This document shows positions 19,174 to 27,822 of a DNA stretch of 60,568 bases, piece by piece. This DNA comes from Armatimonadota bacterium. GTDB lineage: Bacteria; Armatimonadota; UBA5829; DTLH01. Below the pieces are notes generated by a model. It was not told the DNA's origin, did no database searches, and worked only from the letters and a program-made list of their open reading frames with translations. The stretch covers positions 1 to 60,568 of the forward strand of contig JBBRAE010000016.1 of the NCBI GenBank assembly GCA_038207085.1, in the 5' to 3' direction. Within the stretch, counting starts at the first letter, position 1; each line of letters starts with the position of its first letter. A program made the translations under genes and the position numbers.

Positions 19174-19530
19174 TCACGAGCGGCCGCTGATATAGCCTAT
19201 CATTATCGAAATCGTAAGAATCGAAAGCACCCCAAGCGATATCAGTGCAAACTTGTAAGATCGTTCCAGCGTGAACGCGATACCGGCGGCGATGATCCTT
19301 ACCACAGGCGTAGAAAGCAGCACGAGCAGGCCGAGATTGATCGTAGCTGTCGAGTTCAGCTCAACCGCGCCTCTGAATATGCCAAGGACGGTCCTTGGAG
19401 CCTCAGCCGCGCCGGGGTTCAGCAAATAAAGCACTGCGCCCCAGATCAGAATAGCGAGGCTCAGCACCACGCCCGTTGCGAGTACAGCGCCGACCCATCG
19501 GTCAACGCCAGAGCCACTTCGACTCACCAC
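19174..19530 (-). CDS. DUF1634-like membrane protein
   Basis: GLLVLLSTPVVR motif, three TM segments, coupled to tauE. Confidence 0.8.
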   Translation of the reverse strand: MVSRSGSGVDRWVGAVLATGVVLSLAILIWGAVLYLLNPGAAEAPRTVLGIFRGAVELNSTATINLGLLVLLSTPVVRIIAAGIAFTLERSYKFALISLGVLSILTISIMIGYISGRS

Positions 19531-20375
19531 AGGCTCACCCCCATCATCGAGAGGCCCTTTAGCACCATCTGAACCGCCGTTATCGCGACAAAGATCACAA
19601 ACCCGTAGCGAAGTACCTTCGACCGGAGCTTCCCGGCGACTCTGGTGCCTAGCCTCGCGCCGATCAGCACACCGATAGCCGATGGTGCAGCGATTTCAGG
19701 CTTAATCATCCCATGCGACCAGTAGACCGCCGCAGCAGTCGCAGCCGTCACGCCTATTGTGAAGTTGCTCGTGGCGATCGCGGCTTTTAGCGGCACTCCC
19801 ATAACCGAGTTCATCACAGGAACCTTGATAATGCCGCCGCCAACGCCGAGCAACCCCGACATCAGCCCGGCAATGCTGCTCCCGAACATCCCCAAGGGCA
19901 GCTTTTTGACCTCGTAGATCACGTTTCGGCCGGTCGCTGGGTCTGTGTAAGAGCCGTTCAGCCCCGCGCGGTCGAGGTCGATCACAGTCTCATCTGAGAC
20001 CGTTCGACGCCCGCGAGCCATGCTGATTCCAGCATAGACCAGCACTGCGGAAAATATGAAATACAAAAACTGAGGCGCAATATAGACCGCCACAAGCGAA
20101 CCGACTAGCGCTCCCGTGGTCGTCGCGAGCTCCAGGGTCATCCCCAGCCGCACGTTTACGATCCTCTCAGCGACATAGGCCGATGCGGCGGCAGTCGAGG
20201 TCGCAATGACACTGATCGCACTCGCCGCGACGGCATCCTTGACGGGATAGCCGAGCAGAAGGGTTATCGCAGGGATCAGAATAATCCCGCCACCGAGGCC
20301 AAACAGCGCCCCGAAAAACCCGGCGCTTGCGGCGAGGGGCAAGATAATCAGAAACTGAACTAACTCCGGCTGCAT
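19524..20375 (-). CDS. TauE/SafE family sulfite exporter-like permease
   Basis: GLGGG..P and GLLGVGGG..KVP repeats, ATSNF.IGVTA. Confidence 0.88.
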   Translation of the reverse strand: MQPELVQFLIILPLAASAGFFGALFGLGGGIILIPAITLLLGYPVKDAVAASAISVIATSTAAASAYVAERIVNVRLGMTLELATTTGALVGSLVAVYIAPQFLYFIFSAVLVYAGISMARGRRTVSDETVIDLDRAGLNGSYTDPATGRNVIYEVKKLPLGMFGSSIAGLMSGLLGVGGGIIKVPVMNSVMGVPLKAAIATSNFTIGVTAATAAAVYWSHGMIKPEIAAPSAIGVLIGARLGTRVAGKLRSKVLRYGFVIFVAITAVQMVLKGLSMMGVSLW

Positions 20376-20404
20376 CTTCGTCCTTACAAGGCTTTGCTGC
20401 AGGA

Positions 20405-20413
20405 ATTATAGCA
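20405..20413 (-). promoter_or_regulatory. Extended -10 promoter element for the tauE operon
   Basis: TGCTATAAT about 30 nt upstream of the start codon. Confidence 0.55.
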
Positions 20414-20452
20414 CAGCTAGGGAGCGGACGTCACTTCTGGGGATGACAAATA

Positions 20453-20670
20453 CAGGGCTAACGCATCTTAACGGGCAACCGACGTAGTGGCCGTCCCGCC
20501 GCGGCGGCCATCGGCGCGGAACGCGCCGAACAAACAATGGAATTTCGTAGAGTTGCTCATTTGGAGCGCATTACACAGTTAGCGCAGCACCTTTGGTGCT
20601 GATGGCGGGCGCGGCGACCCACCACTACGGGCGTTCGGTGCTGCCCGACAGCTAAGATGCGTTCGCCCTG
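20453..20670. mobile_element. 218-bp MITE with IS4-like ends, carrying a GTAG-REP doublet
   Basis: IRs CAGGGCTAACGCATCTTA / TAAGATGCGTTCGCCCTG (17/18); perfect 10-bp direct repeat ATGACAAATA at 20443-20452 and 20671-20680. Confidence 0.88.
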
Positions 20671-20680
20671 ATGACAAATA

Positions 20681-20729
20681 CCCCTCACCCTAACCCTCTC
20701 CCTCAAGGGGAGAAGGTTGGGATGAGGGG
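20681..20729. repeat. Palindromic intergenic repeat (CCCCTCACCCTAACCCTCTCCC type)
   Basis: CCCCTCACCCTAACC-CTCTCCC..GGGAGAAGGTTGGGATGAGGGG imperfect hairpin. Confidence 0.6.
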
Positions 20730-20766
20730 CAATATCTGAAACTCAAAACTATCGCAATCGTCGGGT

Positions 20767-21159
20767 TCAGTCGCCTTCGTCTAAGTCGGCTTCCCTTTCG
20801 GCGGTAACTCTGTTCCAATAGTCGATGAACGGCTGAATGTCTTCCGTCTCTTCCGTGAACTCGGGCGCGTCCATCATCTCGGTCCGCCCGACAGGGAGCA
20901 CGAGCCTCTGGTTAGGCTCATCCATAAACATCACTTCAAGCGGAACTGCCGTGCATCTGTCCTCGAAGCAAACCGTAGCAAACGGCACTTCGCCGGTGTC
21001 GACATCGACCAGCATGTCGTTGAGCGTTCCGAACTCATTGCCTTCCTCATCAGAAACCGGCCAGCCTATCAGGTCCGGCTCAGAAGGGTCGTGCTCATAT
21101 TCCATCTGGCTGAGTCTCGCAAGTTCTCCCATTTTCTCTTCTTCGTCCTGTCTTTCCAT
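20767..21159 (-). CDS. PRC-barrel domain protein
   Basis: DLIGWPVSDEEGNEFGTLNDMLVD..TGEV; very acidic; ATG 21159 with GGAGGA SD. Confidence 0.82.
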   Translation of the reverse strand: MERQDEEEKMGELARLSQMEYEHDPSEPDLIGWPVSDEEGNEFGTLNDMLVDVDTGEVPFATVCFEDRCTAVPLEVMFMDEPNQRLVLPVGRTEMMDAPEFTEETEDIQPFIDYWNRVTAEREADLDEGD

Positions 21160-21250
21160 TTCAGTCCTCCACTGCCCACATATTTGGGCCAAAATGTCTG
21201 TTCACTGCTTACCCGACGGCAAGATGCCCAAAACTCCGGGAATGTGCGCA

Positions 21251-22915
21251 TCAACCGCCAATCGAGGTCAGCGCCTCTTGGGCTTTCGACGCGTAATCCG
21301 GGTCCTGGAGATCGACAACCATCTGGTAGCGCTTTTTAGCTGCGGCAGTATTCCCCTGAGACTTGAACACGTCGGCGTCCTCCATATAGAGCTGCGACAC
21401 CCGGCTTCGCGAGTAGAGAGCGAACTGATCGTTACCCCCCACATCAACCGCCGTCTTGAACTCCTTCTCAGCCTCGCCTCTCTGGTTCAGCCTCAAACTC
21501 ACGGTGCCGAGCCAGTAGTGAGCCGCAGAATACGACGCATCGGCATTGACTGCCTCCCCCGCGTATTTCACCGCGCCGACGTAGTCCGACGCGTTATACG
21601 CCCTCGACGCCAGCTCGGAATAAGCCGTCGAGAGCCTGCGTTTGGCTTTGGAAGCCGCCGGAGTCTTGCCTGCAAAGGTCACAGCAGATTTATATTGCTC
21701 GATCGACTCAACAATCTTCCCCGAGTTATAAAGACTGTCCCCCTGCGAGATATATTGATCCACCACCACGCCAGCGGTGCTGTCCGTATACTTCTCATAG
21801 GCCCTGGTCGTCACCCATATTGCGAACACGAGCATCCCCGCAAGGCCCATCACGACGAAAAGCGTGCCGAGAAATGCCTTTGTCTCAGGCGACATCAGCG
21901 GACTTCGCGGCACGGGCGGAGGCGCAGGAGGCGCAGGGGCGTGCGCAAACGGGTCCGGCACCGACTGAGCCTGCGGCAAATACGGCGGCGGGGCGTAGGT
22001 GGTCTGCGGCGCACCGTAGCTCTGAGACTGCTGCTGCGAAGGCCCACCGGGGCCGTAACCATAGGTCGGCCCGGGAGGCATAGCGAACGGATCGGCCCCG
22101 TATGGCGGTGACGGGTTTTTCAACTGGTCGACCATCGCCTCGACTGTCGAAAATCGCCCGTTGGGGTCTTTTGCCATCGCTCGGTTGATCGCGGACATAA
22201 TGTTCGGCAGCACGCCGGGAATAGCCTGCGGCTCGGAGTTCATGATGTTATAAGTGATCGTGACTACCGTGTCGCCGGTGAACGGTTTGTGCCCGGCAAG
22301 CATCTCGTAGAGCATCACGCCGACCGAAAACACGTCCGAGCGGCCATCGATCTGCTTGCCTGATACCTGCTCGGGCGACATATAGCTAGGCGTGCCGAAC
22401 ACCTGGCCGTTTGCGGTAATGGAGGGTTCGCTCATAATGCGCGCGATGCCAAAATCTGTAAGCTTCACGTGCCCGCCGGGAAGTATCTGGACGTTTTCGG
22501 GTTTCACGTCTCTGTGAACGACGTTGTGGGAGTGGGCATAGGCAAGCGCGCTGCAGAGCTGTGTGACGATGTCGAGCGCCTCCTGCACGGGAAGCGCCCC
22601 GCGCACCTGCATCGTATCCCGAAGCGTCTGGCCTTCCAGATACTCCATCGCGATGTAGAACCGCTCGCCTTCCTGCCCAACGTCAAAAACCGTAACGATG
22701 TTGGGATGCGATAGCTGCCCCGCCGCCTTCCCCTCGCGCAGAAACCGCTCGATGCGCTCCCGTTTCTGCGCGCCGTTCAGGTTCCCGGCCAGATACAGCT
22801 CCTTCAAGGCGACGCGACGACTCAGCGTCGGATCGATCGCCTCATAGACGACATCGTTGCTCCGAGCTATCTCGCGGACTATTTCATATTTTCCAAGCGT
22901 GTTAGTTGAAGACAT
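21251..22915 (-). CDS. Membrane Hanks-type Ser/Thr kinase with extracytoplasmic TPR-like domain
   Basis: VALK, HRDVKPEN, DFGIA, GTPSYMSPEQ; Pro/Gln linker, one TM helix, TPR-like helices. Confidence 0.95.
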   Translation of the reverse strand: MSSTNTLGKYEIVREIARSNDVVYEAIDPTLSRRVALKELYLAGNLNGAQKRERIERFLREGKAAGQLSHPNIVTVFDVGQEGERFYIAMEYLEGQTLRDTMQVRGALPVQEALDIVTQLCSALAYAHSHNVVHRDVKPENVQILPGGHVKLTDFGIARIMSEPSITANGQVFGTPSYMSPEQVSGKQIDGRSDVFSVGVMLYEMLAGHKPFTGDTVVTITYNIMNSEPQAIPGVLPNIMSAINRAMAKDPNGRFSTVEAMVDQLKNPSPPYGADPFAMPPGPTYGYGPGGPSQQQSQSYGAPQTTYAPPPYLPQAQSVPDPFAHAPAPPAPPPVPRSPLMSPETKAFLGTLFVVMGLAGMLVFAIWVTTRAYEKYTDSTAGVVVDQYISQGDSLYNSGKIVESIEQYKSAVTFAGKTPAASKAKRRLSTAYSELASRAYNASDYVGAVKYAGEAVNADASYSAAHYWLGTVSLRLNQRGEAEKEFKTAVDVGGNDQFALYSRSRVSQLYMEDADVFKSQGNTAAAKKRYQMVVDLQDPDYASKAQEALTSIGG

Positions 22916-22953
22916 AATCTTGGGGGCTAGGTATTAGGGGCTGGGGGCTGGGC

Positions 22954-23904
22954 TCATCCCCTCAAAAACCCAAATAGCCCCTTCTTCGGATTCTCGACCT
23001 TCGGTTCTTCAGCCGGCCTCTCACTCTCATCTTCGTAGACAACATCCTTCACCGAAACCACAAGTGCGGTAATGTTATCCGTCCCACCGCGCTCGTTTGC
23101 GGCGTCAACGAGATCCATTGCGGCCTGCGACGGGGACTTATCAGCGACTATTTCGAGAATGTCTTTTGTCGAGAGGTTCCCGGTTAGGCCGTCGGAGCAG
23201 AGGACGATCTTGTCACCGGGTTTCAGCGTTTCGGCGTAGATATCGGCCTCGACGTTTGGCAGGTTCCCGAGAGAACGGGTGATGACGTTGCGGAACGGGC
23301 TGTACTGCGCCTCGTCCTCGGTGAGAGCGCCGCGGCGGACCTGCTCGGCGACCCAGGAATGGTCCTCGGTCACCTGTCGTATCGCTCCATTGCGTATGAA
23401 ATACCCCCGGCTGTCGCCGACCTGGACGAAATATGCCTCATCAGCTCTAATCACAAGCCCAGTCATCGTCGTCCCCATCCCCGAACGCTCGACGATCATC
23501 TGCGCGGCGTCGTAGATCAGGCTGTTTGCCTCTCGGACGGCCCGACGCAGACTAGACTCAATCTCGCGTCTTGGGTCGGAATAGTAGGTCTTGATCGCGG
23601 TCTTTAAGGCAAGCTCGCTCGCGATCTGACCGGCGGCGTGGCCCCCCATCCCATCGCACACGGCGTAGAACGCGCCTTTGTTCGCGACGACGGCCTCGTC
23701 CTCAGGATCAAACCAGTCAAACTTGTCCTCGTTGTTCTCCCGAACGCGACCGAGGTCCGTGCGTGCGCCCATCTTGACCAACGAATGCACCGATTTTGCG
23801 CGCGCGGCGAGCTTTTCCCACTCAAGTTTAAGATCCGAGGGGTTAAGCTCCGCGGTTATTTCCTCTACTTCGCCGGGAAGCGATTGTCCGTTTAGCTCGT
23901 TCAT
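22954..23904 (-). CDS. PP2C/PPM family Ser/Thr phosphatase (Stp1/PrpC-like)
   Basis: GRVRENNED, CDGMGGH, MGTT, VGDSR, LCSDGL, GGTDNIT. Confidence 0.95.
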   Translation of the reverse strand: MNELNGQSLPGEVEEITAELNPSDLKLEWEKLAARAKSVHSLVKMGARTDLGRVRENNEDKFDWFDPEDEAVVANKGAFYAVCDGMGGHAAGQIASELALKTAIKTYYSDPRREIESSLRRAVREANSLIYDAAQMIVERSGMGTTMTGLVIRADEAYFVQVGDSRGYFIRNGAIRQVTEDHSWVAEQVRRGALTEDEAQYSPFRNVITRSLGNLPNVEADIYAETLKPGDKIVLCSDGLTGNLSTKDILEIVADKSPSQAAMDLVDAANERGGTDNITALVVSVKDVVYEDESERPAEEPKVENPKKGLFGFLRG

Positions 23905-24836
23905 CAGATCACAAACCTCAAACTCACCTGTGCGAACATCACCTCATCACCGTCGGAGAGCTCACGCGGTGCGTTCGGCTCAAGCTTATCGCCGTTCACG
24001 AACGTGCCGTTGGTGCTCCCGAGATCGGTCAGGGTGAAGACGCCTTCTTCTGAAGTAATAACGGCGTGGCTGCCTGATATATACGGGTCGGGGACCGCAA
24101 TCGCGTTTGACGGACGCCGCCCGACGGTGTTCTCGCCTGGATTGATGATATACTCCGTGCCGTCACCAGCGATAAACCTCGCCAGAGTTGGCTCATCCTC
24201 GTGAATCTCGACCGGTTCGACCGGCTCGGAAAGCGCCTGAGCGGGAGTCGTGTCGGTTGCTTCGTCGGGGTCAGTGGCGATCAGGATTTCGGCGACTACC
24301 GATTCAAGCGCAGCATCATCCTCGGCAGCTACAACTTCAGCCACAGCCTCAGGAAGTGCTCCGTCAAGCCTCATCATCACCGAACCGAAGATAATCTCGT
24401 CCCCTGGTCGGACCTGAACCGGTGACCCAGGCTCGACCTTGGCGTTTCCGACAAAAGTGCCGTTGGTGCTCCCCGTATCTTCAAGCAGGAAACTGCTGCC
24501 CGTGACGGTGAGCTTCGCGTGCGACCTGGAGACCGTCGGGTGCGCCACGAGGACGTCGGTGTCCTGTCGCCCGATGGTGTTCGCGCCGGGCTTCAGGTCA
24601 AACTCGCGCCCCGACGTGTCTACAAGCTTGCCGACAACCGACGAGACAACAGGCGCGACCTCGACCGGCTGCGAAGAGAGCAGAAAACCGCAGTCGGCGC
24701 AGTACATCTCCCCGCCGGGCGAAACTGTCTTACAAACCGGACAGGTGGTGCTAACCGCCATCTGGGTAACTTCACCCGAAGGCGAAACCATCTGAGTCCG
24801 ACCAAAATCCGCCATCTGAGTCTTATCCACGCTCAT
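23904..24836 (-). CDS. Zinc-ribbon plus two FHA domains
   Basis: CPVC..CADC; two GR..S..HA..D.GSTNGT FHA signatures; acidic linker; start likely ATG 24836. Confidence 0.9.
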   Translation of the reverse strand: MSVDKTQMADFGRTQMVSPSGEVTQMAVSTTCPVCKTVSPGGEMYCADCGFLLSSQPVEVAPVVSSVVGKLVDTSGREFDLKPGANTIGRQDTDVLVAHPTVSRSHAKLTVTGSSFLLEDTGSTNGTFVGNAKVEPGSPVQVRPGDEIIFGSVMMRLDGALPEAVAEVVAAEDDAALESVVAEILIATDPDEATDTTPAQALSEPVEPVEIHEDEPTLARFIAGDGTEYIINPGENTVGRRPSNAIAVPDPYISGSHAVITSEEGVFTLTDLGSTNGTFVNGDKLEPNAPRELSDGDEVMFAQVSLRFVI

Positions 24837-24925
24837 CGCCCCACCCCACAAATCTCTCGTTGTATCGGGGACCCCGTCCCCGATACCGACCTACCGGCAA
24901 GCCAGTATTCTGCACTTTGCATTTT

Positions 24926-26251
24926 TCACTTCCCCCGATCAAGGTTGTAAATCGTCCCCATCAGCGTCTTCTCGGGGGCCGCTCCGCCGTTGATGTCATC
25001 GATCGCCTGCTGGATGTCCCTCGCCTGGACGACTTTGCCCTGGCTGACGAGCATCGCCTTGGTCTTTTGAAGCTCTCCCACGGCGGCGGCGGGCGAAATC
25101 TGCTGGGTTCGCATCCCCATGACGGTGCGCTCGAGGTTCCGCGAGGCCATCGCGACTTCAATCTCGCGCTCGACCTGAGGGTTCACGTTCGCCGATACCA
25201 GCGATTCATCGGCTGTAAACTCGATCACAACGTCCTGCTCAAGCGTCTCAGTGCGACCGGTCGAGGAGTCCTCGTAGGTCAGCTCCACCTTGGAGACCCG
25301 ATATGTCCCCGACGGACGCCCGCCGAGTTCCACTTCAAGAAGCGCGCTTTCGGCGCTGCCTCGTTCGACATCGGGAAGGGTGATATCGGCTGACTTGTCC
25401 CCAAACGTCGGGAGCTTGCCATAGGCCTGCCGCACCTGCACCCAGCGCGAGAGGTTCACCCGAAGCCTGAGGTTCCGCGCAACCACCGTCATCAGGGTCT
25501 CAAGCTCTTTTCTAAAGACCTCTGGGATCAGTTCGGGCCGGGATATGTAATAGTAGTTCCCACCCGCGCGCTTGGCGATTCCGGCGAGAAGCTCTTCGTT
25601 ATACTCACCGCCGAAACCGAGCGAGGTAATGGTAACTCCCCTGCTCTTCTGCTCGGCGACGAGGCCGACAATCGAGCTAAAATCTTTGATACCCGCGGTC
25701 GGGTCGCCATCGGTAAAGAGCAGAGCGCGGTTGACGTAGCCGCCGCCTGGGATGCTCGCAATCTGGCTCGAACCCGCCGCGATACCGTCGTAGAGGTTGG
25801 TAGTGTTACCGCACTCAATTCGATTTATGTGCTCTTTGATAAGCTGTTTGTTTACGACCCTTCGCGCCGGCATCAGCACATCTACCCGCTCTTCAAAAGT
25901 AACAACGGAGAGAATATCGTTGGGTTCCAAGAGATCGACGACGTAACCGCAGGCGCGTTTGACGTATTCGAGCGGCTGGCCTTCCATCGACGCGCTTCTG
26001 TCGATGATGAGGCAGAGGTTAAGCGGCATCCGCGCCCCGCCCATCGCCCCCGAAGCCCGGATGCTTACAAGCACGTGCTCCCGCGACCCGCGAGTGGCGA
26101 CAGCATAGCGGTTCCCCGCCGTGCACTCCATCGAGATCGACTTCTGCCCCGGCGTCGCCATCTGCGTGCGGTTAGGGTCACCCCCAAACCCCGAAAGCTG
26201 AGTCCGCTCGTTGTCGAACGGCCCGTTGTTGAACATCTGAGTTTTATCCAT
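24926..26251 (-). CDS. von Willebrand factor A domain protein (YfbK/CLCA-like)
   Basis: MIDAS DRSAS, T, FTDG; LGFG..YNE.LL..IA..GGNYYYI. Confidence 0.9.
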   Translation of the reverse strand: MDKTQMFNNGPFDNERTQLSGFGGDPNRTQMATPGQKSISMECTAGNRYAVATRGSREHVLVSIRASGAMGGARMPLNLCLIIDRSASMEGQPLEYVKRACGYVVDLLEPNDILSVVTFEERVDVLMPARRVVNKQLIKEHINRIECGNTTNLYDGIAAGSSQIASIPGGGYVNRALLFTDGDPTAGIKDFSSIVGLVAEQKSRGVTITSLGFGGEYNEELLAGIAKRAGGNYYYISRPELIPEVFRKELETLMTVVARNLRLRVNLSRWVQVRQAYGKLPTFGDKSADITLPDVERGSAESALLEVELGGRPSGTYRVSKVELTYEDSSTGRTETLEQDVVIEFTADESLVSANVNPQVEREIEVAMASRNLERTVMGMRTQQISPAAAVGELQKTKAMLVSQGKVVQARDIQQAIDDINGGAAPEKTLMGTIYNLDRGK

Positions 26252-26361
26252 TATCAAAATCCCTCGGTCAATGAATGCGAGTTATGAACCTAACCTGACG
26301 CCCTCCTGAGCCCGGTCGAAGGATGAGCGCGGTACATTCTTTCAAATCATGTAACTGACAA

Positions 26362-27804
26362 CTACCCCTCAAACCGAAACTTCGTGCTTCCGATCTGAAC
26401 AATATCACCGTTCGTCAACATAAGCTCGGTAACTCGGCTGCCATTGACGTGTGTGCCGTTCGCGCTGCCCATGTCGTAGACTACGAACCCGCCGCCGACG
26501 TTTGCGACCCTCGCGTGCTGGCGGGAGACTGTGTTGTCGCTTGAAAGGGCGATTGTGCGGTCCGATTGGCGACCGATCGTCACTTCGCCTACAAGGTTGA
26601 ACGCCTGGCCAGCGTAGGGCCCCGATGTCGCGACGAGCTTCGGCTGACCGGTCGAAGCGCCGAAGACCGCCGTCGGCTGCTGGGTGATTGTCTCAAACGG
26701 ATTCCGAGAAGGCACGGATTGCAAATCCAGCCCAACGACCGTAGTCTGCGCAACACCCGGCGCTGATGCCCCAACGCTGCACGAGCAGTTGCCCTGAGCG
26801 TCCTTCACGCTTCCGCAGAACTGGCAGACGTGCGGCGAACTCGGGATCGCGGGGCCGCCGGTGTAGTTCACAGGCCGCGGAGTCGAACTGCGCGTCGCCT
26901 TGTCCTTGAACAAAAACTTGGTAAAGCCGATCTGGATGATGTCCCCGTCGCGCAGCACCTGGGTCTGCACCTTTTGGCCATTCACCGTAGTGCCGGAGTT
27001 CGTTCCACAGTCCTGCAGGGTGTGCTTTGACTCATCGGCTCGAATGATGAAGTGCCGGAGTTCGATGTCGGGGTCGCCGAAGACGGGAACGTCGATCAGT
27101 TCGTTTCGACCGACGACTGTCTCAGACTTGAATATCTCAAACTCTCGCCCCTCGTTTCGCCCTTTGAGATGCACGAGCCAGGCGCGTTTGGTGAGCTCCT
27201 CGATGAAGCCGATGAAAAGCCCGATCGCCGCGCCGGTCATCGTGAAACTGATCGCGCGGAGCATCACAAGCGGCACCATAAATATCGAAAGTATCTGGAA
27301 CGAAAAGCCACCGATCGCCCCGCCGACAAGCCCGCCGATCATCCCGTTCACCATCTTGCGAGTCGACTGCACCGCAAGCCCCGGCGAAAGGCCGATCAGC
27401 ATCCCCATCAGCGCCCAGCCGATGGAGCGACCAACAAGCTCGATCACAAACCCAAACGGGCTAGGTTTGGCGTGTGGAGTAGCCGCCGTAGCCTTCGCCA
27501 TCGCATGAAACGGCCCGTAGATGGTGTTCCCGAGCATAAACCCGAGCATACCACCCGCAGCACCGATCAGCACGCCGACGACGACGCTTTTCACAGCGTC
27601 CCTGGGCGATACCCCGGAAATAGCCGTCGCGATGGCAACACCCGCGCCGATGAAGAGCCCGATAATCGCCCCAAGCGCAACCTGCGCGCCGAGCGTAAGC
27701 GTCACATCGCCAATTGGAGTCAGCGACTCAAACGGCTCGACAATCGCCCAACCTATGAACCCGCCCAGTCCGGCGAGTATAAGATAACGAAGTATTCTTA
27801 TCAA
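26362..27804 (-). CDS. Polytopic Gly-rich membrane protein with two FHA domains and a Cys4 motif
   Basis: About six Gly-rich TM helices, FHA (GR..H..GTNSGT), CQFCG..CSC, FHA (GR..SRQHA..GSANGT). Confidence 0.88.
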   Translation of the reverse strand: MIRILRYLILAGLGGFIGWAIVEPFESLTPIGDVTLTLGAQVALGAIIGLFIGAGVAIATAISGVSPRDAVKSVVVGVLIGAAGGMLGFMLGNTIYGPFHAMAKATAATPHAKPSPFGFVIELVGRSIGWALMGMLIGLSPGLAVQSTRKMVNGMIGGLVGGAIGGFSFQILSIFMVPLVMLRAISFTMTGAAIGLFIGFIEELTKRAWLVHLKGRNEGREFEIFKSETVVGRNELIDVPVFGDPDIELRHFIIRADESKHTLQDCGTNSGTTVNGQKVQTQVLRDGDIIQIGFTKFLFKDKATRSSTPRPVNYTGGPAIPSSPHVCQFCGSVKDAQGNCSCSVGASAPGVAQTTVVGLDLQSVPSRNPFETITQQPTAVFGASTGQPKLVATSGPYAGQAFNLVGEVTIGRQSDRTIALSSDNTVSRQHARVANVGGGFVVYDMGSANGTHVNGSRVTELMLTNGDIVQIGSTKFRFEG

Positions 27805-27822
27805 TAGTTTAGCTATAGGTCC

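Noticed and set aside
20837..22111. 424-aa plus-strand ORF
   Set aside because: Antisense shadow of the kinase and PRC-barrel genes; Arg/Ser-rich with no motifs.
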